Below, in pieces: positions 34,722 to 45,244 of a stretch of 64,000 nt of DNA. Below the pieces are notes generated by a model. That model searched no databases, was not told the origin of the DNA, and worked only from the letters and a program-made list of their open reading frames with translations. The DNA lies in the NCBI GenBank assembly GCA_934169575.1, contig CAKPOA010000006.1, positions 457 to 64,456 of the forward strand, in the 5' to 3' direction. Both the position numbers and the translations under genes were made by a program. The stretch comes from an uncultured Clostridia bacterium. GTDB lineage: Bacteria; Bacillota; Clostridia; TANB77; CAG-508. The stretch's first letter is position 1. Each line of letters begins with the position of its first letter.

Positions 34722-37310
34722 CTACTTCAACACTTTTTTGCAAAATCGAATAATTACACCATATATCATCATAAGTAGTATCATAAAACCACCATACTGA
34801 ATTGGTAATTTGCTCAAATCAAATATAACAGCAATATCAGTAAAAGAAATAATTAATGTAATTAGTACAATTGTTAATGTTGAAATAACTAATTGTTTAG
34901 ATGGCCAACTTGTTACAAATGGTATTTTAGATGTTCTAATAAGATGTATGATTAAAGTTTGTGAAATTATTCCAAATGCAAACCAGCCAGTTTGAAATAA
35001 AACAGCCTTTTCAAATGTATTAAAATTAAAAATATTCCACAATATTAAAAAACATAAAATATCTAGAAATGTACTTGCTGTTCCTAAAACAAACATATTT
35101 CTTTTAAGCCACTTTGTATCCCATTTTCGTGGTTTTTGCAAATATTCATTATCAACATTATCAAAAGGCATTCCTATTTGAGCAAAATCATTTAGCAAAT
35201 TTTGTATTAAAATATGGACAGGTAATAATGGTAAAAAAGGTAAAAATATACTTGCGATTATAATTGATAACATATTACCAAAATTCCCACTTGTTGCCAT
35301 TTTTAAATATTTCAAAATATTTGTAAATGTTTTTCTTCCTGTAATAACTCCTTGTTCTAATACATTTAAATCTTTTTCTAAAAGAATTATATCTGCAGTT
35401 TCTTTAGCAATATCAACACCTGTATCAACTGAAATTCCTACATCAGCTTGTTTTAAAGGAGGACTATCATTTATTCCGTCACCCATATATCCTACAGTAT
35501 TTCCTTGTTCCTGATAAATTTTAACTATTCTTTGTTTTTGAATTGGTGATAACTTAGAATACAAATGACATATTTTTGATCTTTCTTTTAATTCAGTATC
35601 ATCCATATTTTCAATCTGCTTTCCAGTTAAAGAATTTTTAGTAGAAATTCCTACTTTGTTACATACATTTATAGCAACACCCTCACTATCTCCTGTTAAA
35701 ACCACTGTATCAACACCATGTTTCTTTAAAGCTATAATAGCTTGTTTTGCACTTTTTTTTGGTGGATCTAAAAATCCTACAAATCCTATTAAAACCATAT
35801 CTTTTTCATCATTTACTCCAAATGTTTCGATTCCATGTATATGATTTTTTTGAGCTACTGCTACAATTCTCAACCCCTTATGATTATATTTTTCATAAAC
35901 TTCATATACTTTACTTTTTAATTTATCAGAAAAATTTATAGCCTCTCCATTAATATCTATATATGAACAAATTGATACAACTTCATCAACAGCTCCTTTT
36001 GTTATTAGTTGTCTTTTTCCATATTCATCCCTTAAAACCACACTCATTCTTCTCCTTGAAAAATCAAATGGTATCTCATCTTCTCTTATATATTTTTCTT
36101 TTAATATATTCATCTTTTCTTTCTCAGCTCTTGATATAATTGCAATATCAATTAAATTTTTTAATCCTGTTTGAAAAAAACTATTTAAAAAAGCATGTTT
36201 TAAAACTCTTGTACTTTCATTTCCATTAATATCCATATATTTTTCTAAAATGATTTCATCTTCTGTTAATGTTCCAGTTTTGTCAGTACATAAAATATTC
36301 ATTTCTCCAAATGTTTGTATACTACTTAATCTTTTTACAATTGTTTTCTTTTTAGACATATCAATTGCACCTTTTGCAAGTGTAGATGTCATAATAACAG
36401 GTAACATTTCTGGTGTCAAACCAACTGCAATTGTTATTGCAAAAATTAATGAATTCCACCAATCCCCTTTTGTAAAAAAATTAATAATAAATATAATTGG
36501 TATCATAACTGCAATAAATTTTATTAATAATTTGCTAACACTATCTATTCCCTTTTCAAAACTATTTTTCTCATTTACACTATATAAAGATTTTGCCATA
36601 CTTCCAAAATATGTTTGATTTCCTGTCCCAATAATTACTGCTTTTGCACTCCCACTTACTACATTTGTTCCCATAAATCCAATATTTGATAAATCAGTCA
36701 AAGATTCTTTTTCACCTTTTAATTTTGAAAATTTTTCAACAGGATTAGATTCACCTGTTAAAGATGCTTGGTCTAAAAATAAATCTTTTGTTTCCAAAAA
36801 TCTTACATCACCAGGTAACATATCTCCAGATGATAATTTTACAATATCACCTAATACTATTTCCTCATCATCTATACTTTCTTCATTTCCATTTCTTATT
36901 ACATATATCTTGTTTGATATCATTTTCTTTAATTTTTGTACTGCTTTGTCAGAACTGGCTTGTTGAAAAAAAGAAATTAAAGATGAAATAATTATTGTAC
37001 TTATAATTATTGTAAATGTTAAATAATCTTTTTTCTCTTGAATTACAACATCTGTAAAAAAAGTAACAACTGCAACCAAAATTAATACAATATTAAATGG
37101 ATTTATAATTGCTTCTTTTAATCTATTTAATAGTGTTTTATTATTTTTTACATCTATAATGTTTTTTCCATATTTTTCTTGTCTTTCAATTATTTTTTCA
37201 TAACTCAATCCATTAATTGATGTATTTAAATTTCCTAATATTTCTTCTTTTTCTAATATCGAAAATTCTTTTATTCCTAATATTATGTCATTATTTTCCT
37301 CTATTTTCAT
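34722..37310 (-). CDS. mgtA: Magnesium-translocating P-type ATPase (MgtA-like)
   Basis: P-type motifs LTGES, CTDKTGTLT, VLTGDS and GDGINDSPPLKQADVGISV. The N-terminal NPFNIVLILVAVV segment and the ~860-aa size are typical of MgtA/MgtB. Confidence 0.75.
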   Translation of the reverse strand: MKIEENNDIILGIKEFSILEKEEILGNLNTSINGLSYEKIIERQEKYGKNIIDVKNNKTLLNRLKEAIINPFNIVLILVAVVTFFTDVVIQEKKDYLTFTIIISTIIISSLISFFQQASSDKAVQKLKKMISNKIYVIRNGNEESIDDEEIVLGDIVKLSSGDMLPGDVRFLETKDLFLDQASLTGESNPVEKFSKLKGEKESLTDLSNIGFMGTNVVSGSAKAVIIGTGNQTYFGSMAKSLYSVNEKNSFEKGIDSVSKLLIKFIAVMIPIIFIINFFTKGDWWNSLIFAITIAVGLTPEMLPVIMTSTLAKGAIDMSKKKTIVKRLSSIQTFGEMNILCTDKTGTLTEDEIILEKYMDINGNESTRVLKHAFLNSFFQTGLKNLIDIAIISRAEKEKMNILKEKYIREDEIPFDFSRRRMSVVLRDEYGKRQLITKGAVDEVVSICSYIDINGEAINFSDKLKSKVYEVYEKYNHKGLRIVAVAQKNHIHGIETFGVNDEKDMVLIGFVGFLDPPKKSAKQAIIALKKHGVDTVVLTGDSEGVAINVCNKVGISTKNSLTGKQIENMDDTELKERSKICHLYSKLSPIQKQRIVKIYQEQGNTVGYMGDGINDSPPLKQADVGISVDTGVDIAKETADIILLEKDLNVLEQGVITGRKTFTNILKYLKMATSGNFGNMLSIIIASIFLPFLPLLPVHILIQNLLNDFAQIGMPFDNVDNEYLQKPRKWDTKWLKRNMFVLGTASTFLDILCFLILWNIFNFNTFEKAVLFQTGWFAFGIISQTLIIHLIRTSKIPFVTSWPSKQLVISTLTIVLITLIISFTDIAVIFDLSKLPIQYGGFMILLMMIYGVIIRFCKKVLK

Positions 37311-37329
37311 TTGAACCTCCTACATAAAT

Positions 37330-38574
37330 TTACTCTATTGTTTTCATTTCTTTTATCATTAAATCTCCAAAAACAGCATAACCTTTAGTTGGATCATTAA
37401 CTAAAACATTTGTTACAGCACCAATAAACTTTCCATTTTGGATTACAGGACATCCACTCATTCCCTGTATGATTCCACCTGTTTTATCAATTAAATTTTC
37501 ATCTACAACTTTTATTAGCATACTTTTATTATCATAATCATTATTCAAAAAAATCTTCTCTATTTCAATATTATATTCTTTAGGTGTTTCACCATCTAAA
37601 GAACATAAAATCTTAGCATTTCCTAAACATATCTCATTTTTAGTTGCAACTTCCATTTTTCTGCTTAAATCAATATTATTTCCATTTAAATTTTCAATAG
37701 AACCATATATTCCCAAATTAGTATTTTTAAAAATTGTTCCAATTTTTGTTTGATCATCAATAGTTCCTTGAATTTTACCTGGATTGCCTTGTTTTCCTTT
37801 TATAATAGATATAACTTTTGTAGTTATAAATTCTCCATTAGCAATATCTAATAATTCTCCAGTATCTACATCTGTAATTCCATGTCCTAATGCTGCAAAA
37901 CTATTTGATGAAGGCTCATAATATGTCATAGTTCCAATTCCAGCTGCACTATCTCTAACCCATAATCCTAATTTATATTGTTTTCCACTTGTTTTTATAG
38001 GACTAATACTACATTCCATATTTTCACCATTTCTCATATATTTTATATCTAAACTTTTTCCTTTAGATTTATTTACGAGCTCAACTAATTTATTCGTATC
38101 TGTAACTAATGTATTTTCAACTTCGATTATCATATCTCCCTCTTGAATCCCTGAATTTTCATATGGTTTATATTTTTGATTATCTTCCCCCTTAATTTCA
38201 GACATTCCAACAACCAAAACACCACTTGTATATATTTTTAACCCAGCAATATTTCCTGTAGGAATAACTTTTGTTCTTTCAATTATACTAACTCCAACTT
38301 CTTTTACAGTAAACTTATCAAATAATTTCACATTTACTGTATTTGTCCCAATTTCCATATCTTTTTGTTGTAATATATTTGAAGTTGCTACAGATTTATT
38401 TTCATTTTCTAAACTTAAACCAAATATAGTTTTAATATCTAAACTTTCATCTTTAAATAATATGGTACTTTTAGGAATTGCATCAATAGCACATATATAA
38501 ATATATATAATACACAAAATCAATAATAAAAAAGCAACTAATAAAATTTTGCGAAATTTTTTCATTTTCATCAC
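37330..38574 (-). CDS. spoIVB: SpoIVB peptidase (S55) with PDZ domain
   Basis: Signal anchor, PDZ-like IQEGDMIIEV, GTMTYYEP...ALGHGITD, and catalytic Ser context GMSGCPV. Confidence 0.85.
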   Translation of the reverse strand: MMKMKKFRKILLVAFLLLILCIIYIYICAIDAIPKSTILFKDESLDIKTIFGLSLENENKSVATSNILQQKDMEIGTNTVNVKLFDKFTVKEVGVSIIERTKVIPTGNIAGLKIYTSGVLVVGMSEIKGEDNQKYKPYENSGIQEGDMIIEVENTLVTDTNKLVELVNKSKGKSLDIKYMRNGENMECSISPIKTSGKQYKLGLWVRDSAAGIGTMTYYEPSSNSFAALGHGITDVDTGELLDIANGEFITTKVISIIKGKQGNPGKIQGTIDDQTKIGTIFKNTNLGIYGSIENLNGNNIDLSRKMEVATKNEICLGNAKILCSLDGETPKEYNIEIEKIFLNNDYDNKSMLIKVVDENLIDKTGGIIQGMSGCPVIQNGKFIGAVTNVLVNDPTKGYAVFGDLMIKEMKTIE

Positions 38575-38617
38575 CTAATTTTATTATTGCTTTTTTATTA
38601 ATTTTTATAATATTTTT

Positions 38618-39634
38618 TTAAATTTGTTTTCTTGCTTTTTCATCTAATGTGTCTAATGTGTCTAACGCTTTTCCAGTTCCTAATGCAACACATGATACAG
38701 CATCTTGTGCAATCATAACATTTATACCTGTTTTTTCTTGAATTAATTTGTCTAATCCATCAATTAAAGCTCCTCCACCTGTCATATAAATTCCTCTATC
38801 ACTTATATCTGCGGCAAGTTCTGGAGGCGTTTTTTCTAATACAGAATGTACTGCATCAACAATCATTGTGGCAGGTTCAGCTAAAGCTTCTAACATTTCA
38901 TTTGAATGTACTGTAATTGTTGCAGGTAAACCAGTAATTAAATCTCTACCTCTTATATCCATTTCAACATCTTGAATTTTAGGATATACACAACCTATTT
39001 GCTCTTTTAAATCTTCAGCAGTTCTTTCCCCAATCATGACATTATGTTTTTTCTTAATATATTTTACAACATATTCATCAAATTTATCTCCTGCTATTTT
39101 TAAAGATGTACTTACTACAGAACCACCTAATGATATTACTGCAATATCTGTAGTTCCACCACCAATATCTACAACCATATTTCCACATGGTTTTGATATA
39201 TCTATTCCAGCTCCTATTGCAGCAGCTATTGGTTCTTCAATTAAATATACTTTTCTTGCACCAGCTTGTGTTGCTGCATCAATTACTGCTTTTTTTTCAA
39301 CTTCTGTAACTCTTGATGGAATACATATCATAATTCTAGGTGAAAATACACTTTTTCCACCAACTTTTTTTATAAAATATTTTAACATTTTTTCAGTTAC
39401 AGTATAATCTGAAATCACTCCATCTCTTAAAGGTCTTGTAGCTACTATATTTCCTGGAGTTCTGCCTAGCATTCTTCTTGCCTCTCCCCCAACAGCTACA
39501 ACATCTCCTGTTGTATTATCAATAGCTACAACAGATGGTTCTCTTAATACAATCCCTTTTCCTTTTACATATGCAATTACTGTTGCAGTACCTAAATCTA
39601 TTCCAATATCTTGTCCAAACCCAAATTTAAACAT
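38618..39634 (-). CDS. mreB: Rod-shape protein MreB/Mbl
   Basis: Actin-like motifs GIDLGTATV, VVDIGGGTTD and MTGGGALI. 338 aa. Confidence 0.92.
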   Translation of the reverse strand: MFKFGFGQDIGIDLGTATVIAYVKGKGIVLREPSVVAIDNTTGDVVAVGGEARRMLGRTPGNIVATRPLRDGVISDYTVTEKMLKYFIKKVGGKSVFSPRIMICIPSRVTEVEKKAVIDAATQAGARKVYLIEEPIAAAIGAGIDISKPCGNMVVDIGGGTTDIAVISLGGSVVSTSLKIAGDKFDEYVVKYIKKKHNVMIGERTAEDLKEQIGCVYPKIQDVEMDIRGRDLITGLPATITVHSNEMLEALAEPATMIVDAVHSVLEKTPPELAADISDRGIYMTGGGALIDGLDKLIQEKTGINVMIAQDAVSCVALGTGKALDTLDTLDEKARKQI

Positions 39635-39805
39635 GCCTTAATCTCCTTTGCTTTATTTATTTATTTATATTATATTATTTACTAATTTACATTATTATTA
39701 CAATTTTATTACAATTATATTACATTTATTTTAATTTATCAATACATTTTGCTAAATTTATGAAATTATTTTTTTGTTTTTTACCTCATTTTATTAAATT
39801 TGCCA

Positions 39806-39834
39806 TTGACTATTAACATAATATGTGATATAAT
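39806..39834 (+). promoter_or_regulatory. Strong sigma-A promoter (extended -10) for the coiled-coil gene
   Basis: TTGACT-17 nt-TATAAT with TGA immediately upstream (TGnTATAAT). Confidence 0.7.
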
Positions 39835-39876
39835 TCCAATTATGTTAATGCTAATAGCTAATTATGGAGGTACAAA

Positions 39877-40713
39877 ATGATACGCATAGAAAGTGGAGAC
39901 ATAATACGGAAGGTCCAAGATCACTGGACAACCAAACAGATCTTAGATTATTTTCAAATGGACGAAAGTACATTTAAAAATAATCTTCAAAAATCTCTTA
40001 ATCCTAAAGCATATAATGGATTAATGAGAGAACTTAAAAGAAATGATAAACTTGGAGGTAAATCAAAAAAATATACTCAAAAGAAGTGTATTGAAATACC
40101 TATTGCAAATGTTAATAATGCTATTCTGGTAAAAGACTCAAAAGAAGAGGCTAAAGAAATAGAAAAAAATTTTTCAACAATTCAGGTTATTAAAAATAAA
40201 ATTAGTACACTGAATTCTCTGATTAGTCAGCTTTCTAAAATTTCTTCAGAATATGAAGAAAGTATAACTGATTTAAAATCTTCTATTGAAGACAATAAGA
40301 AGTCTATTGATAAGTTGGAAAAAGAAAATGCAGAATTTACTGCAAAACTTGATGAAATTTATCAGGAGCAAAAAAAGCATGATCTGCTATTGACAGAAAA
40401 ACAGGAAGAATTAAAAAAACTTGAGCAAGAGATTGAACAGCTAAAAACAATCAATATTTTTTTCCATGAAAATGGAGAAATTGAGATTGAAGACCCAGAA
40501 AAGGCTGAAAAAAAGCCTATCACTGTTTCTACAAATAGTGATACATTAAGTTTGTTACTAAGATATTCAGAACTTGAAAATTTCACCTTAAAAACTTTGA
40601 AATCTTTAGCCAACCTTATTGGCTATGTAAAAAAGCTGAAAATTCTTAACGAAAAGTTTGAGGTAATTTTTGAAGATGAAATTCTTGAAAAGATTTTCCA
40701 TGAGTTGTCATAA
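39877..40713 (+). CDS. Coiled-coil hypothetical protein, compositionally atypical
   Basis: GGAGG RBS. ~60-aa N-domain (WTTKQILDYFQMDESTFKNNLQK), then a long heptad-like K/E-rich region. Visibly more G/C and more CAG/CTG/AAG codons than its neighbours. Confidence 0.6.
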   Translation: MIRIESGDIIRKVQDHWTTKQILDYFQMDESTFKNNLQKSLNPKAYNGLMRELKRNDKLGGKSKKYTQKKCIEIPIANVNNAILVKDSKEEAKEIEKNFSTIQVIKNKISTLNSLISQLSKISSEYEESITDLKSSIEDNKKSIDKLEKENAEFTAKLDEIYQEQKKHDLLLTEKQEELKKLEQEIEQLKTINIFFHENGEIEIEDPEKAEKKPITVSTNSDTLSLLLRYSELENFTLKTLKSLANLIGYVKKLKILNEKFEVIFEDEILEKIFHELS

Positions 40714-40727
40714 TAATTGAAAACCTC

Positions 40728-40758
40728 AATAGAGAAGAGCTTTTTGCTCTTCTCTATT
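40728..40758. terminator. Bidirectional terminator between the coiled-coil gene and pflA
   Basis: AATAGAGAAGAGC-TTTTT-GCTCTTCTCTATT, a perfect 13-bp GC-containing stem. Confidence 0.8.
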
Positions 40759-40759
40759 T

Positions 40760-41485
40760 CTATATTCCTAAAATCTGTTTTGCTCTTTTTACATCATCAT
40801 CATTTGCTTGTCTTACATTTTCAAATTCATATTTAAATCCAAGTTTTTTCCATTTATATTCTCCCATATTATGATATGGCAAAATTTCCACTCTATCAAC
40901 ATTTTTTAAAGTTGATAAAAAATGTTTTAATTTTAATAAATCCTTTTCATTATCTGTATACCCAGGAACTAAAACTTGTCTAATCCACATATGTTTACCA
41001 TTTTCACTTAAATATCTTGCAAATTCCAATTCATATTCATTTGAAACCCCTACAAGTTCTTTACATTTTATTTGGTCTATATGTTTTATATCAAGTAAAA
41101 ACAAATCTGTTAAATCAATTAATTCCTTAATTTTATCTGTTATTTTAACCATTCCTGATGTATCTATACAGGTATGAATATTTTCTTTTTTTAGTTTTTT
41201 AAATAGTTCAATCAAAAATTCAAACTGTATTAGGGGTTCTCCACCACTAATTGTAACACCACCATTTTTATATATATAATTTTTGTACCTTAAAATCTTT
41301 TGAAAAATTTCATCTAAAGATTTAAATTCACCCGCATGGATATCCCAAGTATCTCTATTTTGACAATATTTGCATTTTAAGTTGCATCCTTGTAAAAACA
41401 ATACAAATCTTATACCTGGGCCATCAACTGTGCCAAAAGATTCAACAGAATGTACTTTAGCATAATATTCTATTTTATCACTCAT
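40760..41485 (-). CDS. pflA: Pyruvate formate-lyase activating enzyme (radical SAM)
   Basis: CNLKCKYCQN radical-SAM cluster motif, GGVTISGGEP, directly downstream of pflB. Confidence 0.9.
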   Translation of the reverse strand: MSDKIEYYAKVHSVESFGTVDGPGIRFVLFLQGCNLKCKYCQNRDTWDIHAGEFKSLDEIFQKILRYKNYIYKNGGVTISGGEPLIQFEFLIELFKKLKKENIHTCIDTSGMVKITDKIKELIDLTDLFLLDIKHIDQIKCKELVGVSNEYELEFARYLSENGKHMWIRQVLVPGYTDNEKDLLKLKHFLSTLKNVDRVEILPYHNMGEYKWKKLGFKYEFENVRQANDDDVKRAKQILGI

Positions 41486-41502
41486 AAAATTCCTCATTTC
41501 AA

Positions 41503-43737
41503 CTAGATTTTTTCATGAATAGTTCTATTTATAACATCTAATTGTTGTTCACGAGTAAGACTTGTAAATTTAACAGCATAACCTGAAACACGAATTGTAA
41601 GTTGTGGATATTTTTCTGGATGTTCCATTGCATCAAGTAAAAGTTCTCTATGAAATACATTTACATTTATATGATGTCCAGATTGAGCAAAATATCCATC
41701 AAGCATATTAACTAAATTAGTTACTTTTTCTTCATCAGTTTTGCCTAATGTGTCTGGTGTTATTGCAAAAGTAAATGATATTCCATCTTCTGCACTATCA
41801 AAAGGTAATTTTGCAATTGAATTCATTACAGCTAAAGCACCATTTGTATCTCTTCCATGTAATGGGTTTGCACCAGGTCCAAATGGTGCACCTTGTCTAC
41901 GTCCATCAGGAGTATTTCCTGTTGCTTTTCCATAAACAACATTTGAAGTTATTGTTAATATTGATAATGTTTGTTTTGCATTTTTATATGATTTATATTT
42001 TCTTAATTTTTCATCAAAATTTCTAACAAGATCTACTGCAATTTTATCAACTCTATCATCATCATTTCCAAATTTAGGGAAATCACCTTCAATTTGATAA
42101 TCTACAGCCAATCCTTGTTCATTTCTTATAACTTTAACTTTAGCATATTTTATAGCTGAAAGAGAATCTGCTGCAACTGAAAGTCCTGCAATTCCACAAG
42201 CCATAGTTCTAAAAACATCTTTATCATGTAAAGCCATTTCTAAGGCCTCATATGAATATTTATCATGCATAAAGTGAATACAATTTAATGCTTTAATATA
42301 TATTTTAGCAACATAATCCATCATTTGATCATATTTTGACATAACTTCATCATAATCTAAATATTCAGTTGTAATTGGTTCAAACATAGGAGCAACTTGT
42401 TTTCCAGATACTTCATCTTTCCCACCATTTATGGCATATAGCAAAGTTTTAGCAAGATTTGCTCTAGCACCGAAAAATTGCATTTGTTTTCCGATCTTCA
42501 TTGGAGATACACAACAAGCTATTCCATAATCATCACCTAAAGTAATTCTCATTAAATCATCATTTTCATACTGAATTGCAGATGTTTTTATAGATAATCC
42601 TGTAGCAAATTTTTTAAATTCTTCTGGTAATCTAGTTGACCATAAAACTGTTAAGTTTGGCTCTGGAGCAGGTCCTAAATTCTGCAAAGTATGCAAAATT
42701 CTAAAAGAATTTTTAGTAACTAATGTTCTTCCATCAATTCCCATTCCACCAATACTTTCTGTTACCCAAACAGGATCTCCACTAAATAATTCGTTATATT
42801 CAGGTGTTCTTAAAAATCTAACTAATCTTAATTTCATTACAAAATGGTCAATTAATTCTTGAGCTTTTTCTTCTGTTAATACTCCATTTTCTATATCTCT
42901 TTGAATATATATATCTAAAAATGTTGATGTTCTTCCTAAACTCATTGCTGCACCATTTTGATCTTTTATAGCTCCTAAATATCCAAAATATAACCATTGT
43001 ATAGCTTCTTTTGCATTTTTAGCAGGTACAGATATATCAAATCCATATTTACTAGCCATTGATTTTAAGCTATTTAAAGCTTTTATTTGTTCACTTATTT
43101 CTTCTCTTAATTCAATTATATCTGAAGTTAAATCATCTTCATCTATTTCTTCTAATTGATGTTTTTTATCTTCTATTAATACATCTACACCATAAAGTGC
43201 AACTCTTCTATAATCACCTATAATTCTTCCTCTACCATATCCATCTGGTAAACCTGTTAATAATTTATTTGATCTTGCTCTTCTAACATCTGGAGTATAT
43301 ACATCAAAAACACCATCATTATGTGTTTTTCTTATTCCATGAAATATTTTTTCAATTTCAGGATCTACTTTTCTTCCATATGCCTCACATGATTTTTCAA
43401 CAATTTTTATACCTCCAAATGGCATTATTGCTCTTTTTAATGGTGCATCAGTTTGTAACCCTACAATTTCTTCAATATCTTTATCAATATATCCTGCATC
43501 ATAAGCATCTACCATTGATGGAGTTTTTGTATCTATATCTAAAACTCCTCCAGCCTCTTTTTCTTTTTTATATAATTCTAATATTTCGTTCCATAATTTT
43601 TTGGTTTTTTCTGTTGGATCTGACAAAAATTCACTTCCACCTTCATATGGTGTATAATTATGTTGGATAAAATCTCTAACATTTATTTCAGATTGCCAAT
43701 CCCCACTTTTAAATTCTTTCCATTGTTCAAAATCCAT
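41503..43737 (-). CDS. pflB: Formate C-acetyltransferase (pyruvate formate-lyase)
   Basis: Glycyl-radical motif RVSGYAV near the C-terminus, the catalytic Cys pair in GIACCVSP, and 744 aa. Confidence 0.95.
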   Translation of the reverse strand: MDFEQWKEFKSGDWQSEINVRDFIQHNYTPYEGGSEFLSDPTEKTKKLWNEILELYKKEKEAGGVLDIDTKTPSMVDAYDAGYIDKDIEEIVGLQTDAPLKRAIMPFGGIKIVEKSCEAYGRKVDPEIEKIFHGIRKTHNDGVFDVYTPDVRRARSNKLLTGLPDGYGRGRIIGDYRRVALYGVDVLIEDKKHQLEEIDEDDLTSDIIELREEISEQIKALNSLKSMASKYGFDISVPAKNAKEAIQWLYFGYLGAIKDQNGAAMSLGRTSTFLDIYIQRDIENGVLTEEKAQELIDHFVMKLRLVRFLRTPEYNELFSGDPVWVTESIGGMGIDGRTLVTKNSFRILHTLQNLGPAPEPNLTVLWSTRLPEEFKKFATGLSIKTSAIQYENDDLMRITLGDDYGIACCVSPMKIGKQMQFFGARANLAKTLLYAINGGKDEVSGKQVAPMFEPITTEYLDYDEVMSKYDQMMDYVAKIYIKALNCIHFMHDKYSYEALEMALHDKDVFRTMACGIAGLSVAADSLSAIKYAKVKVIRNEQGLAVDYQIEGDFPKFGNDDDRVDKIAVDLVRNFDEKLRKYKSYKNAKQTLSILTITSNVVYGKATGNTPDGRRQGAPFGPGANPLHGRDTNGALAVMNSIAKLPFDSAEDGISFTFAITPDTLGKTDEEKVTNLVNMLDGYFAQSGHHINVNVFHRELLLDAMEHPEKYPQLTIRVSGYAVKFTSLTREQQLDVINRTIHEKI

Positions 43738-43836
43738 AAATATTCCTCCTTATTTTATATATCTTTTTTAGTATTTACAATTTTCTGCTAAATATTAGAA
43801 TATCACAAAACATTTTTTGTGTCAATGAATATTTTG

Positions 43837-43870
43837 AAAAAAACTAGTGCAAAAAATGCACTAGTTTTTT
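43837..43870. terminator. Terminator after the surface-protein gene
   Basis: AAAAAACTAGTGCA-AAAAA-TGCACTAGTTTTTT. Confidence 0.75.
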
Positions 43871-43871
43871 A

Positions 43872-45230
43872 TCATTTAAATCTTTTACCTCTTGGTTTAT
43901 TTTTTATAAACTCATCATCATTTTCATCTGAATTTTGTTCATCAAATTCCAAAGTTGAAATATTTTCAACCTCATCTTCTTGTTTTTTCTGAATTCTATA
44001 TTTTTCAATTAAAAATATAATTATAAGTATAATAATAATTCCAACTGTAGCTCCTAAAATACAATTAAATTTTAATTGAGTTTTTTTAGCTTGTTCAATA
44101 GCATTATTCATTTCAGATAAATCAATTCCTGCTGTTTCACCTTTATTTGCTATAATTTGATATGTAGTTGTAGTATCATTAGATGGATTATATACCAAAA
44201 TAGTTATAACATTTTCACCATCTTTTAAATCTTCATTTCCGACTATTTCAACTTTCATATTATCATTTGCAGGTTTAGCATCTAAATCAAGTTTTGAAAC
44301 ATCACTATTAATATTAACCTTATATTCATAAACATCATTACTAAATTTTGGTTCTAAATTATAATTATTTATACTCAACTCTGTTAGCCCTTCTGTCACA
44401 GCCTTTTCTGTTTCTGTATTTTCATCTAAATTTGTTGTTTCAACATTTTCTTCCTCATCTTTGTTTTCTGTTGTAGTATCATCTTTTGTTGAAGTTTCAG
44501 TTTTAGTACTTTCTCTTGTAATTACTAATGTATATTTCTTTGTAGTTTTTTTATCTTCTGAAGTTACTTTTACAGTAAAACTATTTTTTCCCTCTTTTAA
44601 TTTTTTTGAACCTGTTCCACTTACTGTAGCATTTTTATCTGTTGCAGTTGCATAAATTTTTATAGTATCAACATCACTTGGAACTTTAACATTATAACTT
44701 GTTGTTCCAGATTTAAAATTTGAAAAATCATATTTTTTAGGTGTTATTCCCAAATCCTTTAATGTTGCAACACTAGATTTCTTTGAAGAAGATGAACTTG
44801 AAGAACTTGAGCTACTTGATGAACTACTTGAAGAACTTCCACTTTCTGAATTACTACTCTGTGCTTCAGAAACTTTTATTGTAACAGAATCTGATACATT
44901 TTGAGGTATACCTGTTGATCCATCTGAAATATCTCCACTAAGTTTTATAGTATATGTTCCCTCTTTACTTGTTTTAAAGCTTAAAGAAAAACTCTTTCTA
45001 GTATTTTCACCATCATCAGTAACATCTGCATAACTTTTACTTATAGGACCTGAAACATGTAAATTCCATGCTGCAGCATTTACTGAAATAGTAATATTTG
45101 CTGTTTCTCCTGTACTTATTGAAGTTTTATTTGATGATATACCTGCAGATGCAGCATTTACAACAGAATATCCTGATATCATAATCAAACAAAATATTGT
45201 TAATATTATAATTTTTCTTATCTTATTCAT
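43872..45230 (-). CDS. Membrane-anchored surface protein with Ig-like N-domain, poly-Ser linker and two cadherin-like beta-sandwich domains
   Basis: Signal peptide, a run of ~20 Ser, two LxxLxI...Y.Y.V.V...V.L.A....A.V...G...L..G.N...I.V repeats, and a C-terminal TM plus acidic tail. Confidence 0.6.
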   Translation of the reverse strand: MNKIRKIIILTIFCLIMISGYSVVNAASAGISSNKTSISTGETANITISVNAAAWNLHVSGPISKSYADVTDDGENTRKSFSLSFKTSKEGTYTIKLSGDISDGSTGIPQNVSDSVTIKVSEAQSSNSESGSSSSSSSSSSSSSSSSSSKKSSVATLKDLGITPKKYDFSNFKSGTTSYNVKVPSDVDTIKIYATATDKNATVSGTGSKKLKEGKNSFTVKVTSEDKKTTKKYTLVITRESTKTETSTKDDTTTENKDEEENVETTNLDENTETEKAVTEGLTELSINNYNLEPKFSNDVYEYKVNINSDVSKLDLDAKPANDNMKVEIVGNEDLKDGENVITILVYNPSNDTTTTYQIIANKGETAGIDLSEMNNAIEQAKKTQLKFNCILGATVGIIIILIIIFLIEKYRIQKKQEDEVENISTLEFDEQNSDENDDEFIKNKPRGKRFK

Positions 45231-45244
45231 AAATTTTATCCTTT

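Noticed and set aside
37311-37329. Expected Mg2+ (M-box) riboswitch or leader upstream of mgtA.
   Set aside because: Only 19 nt separate mgtA from the spoIVB stop, so there is no room for a riboswitch. mgtA is probably cotranscribed or uses a promoter inside spoIVB.
43872-45230. Calling the N-terminal domain of the 452-aa surface protein a cohesin partner for the neighbouring dockerin.
   Set aside because: The domain is only ~95 aa, whereas cohesins are ~140-150 aa, and I see no cohesin-like sequence pattern. The remaining domains look cadherin-like. This is left as a test, not a claim.
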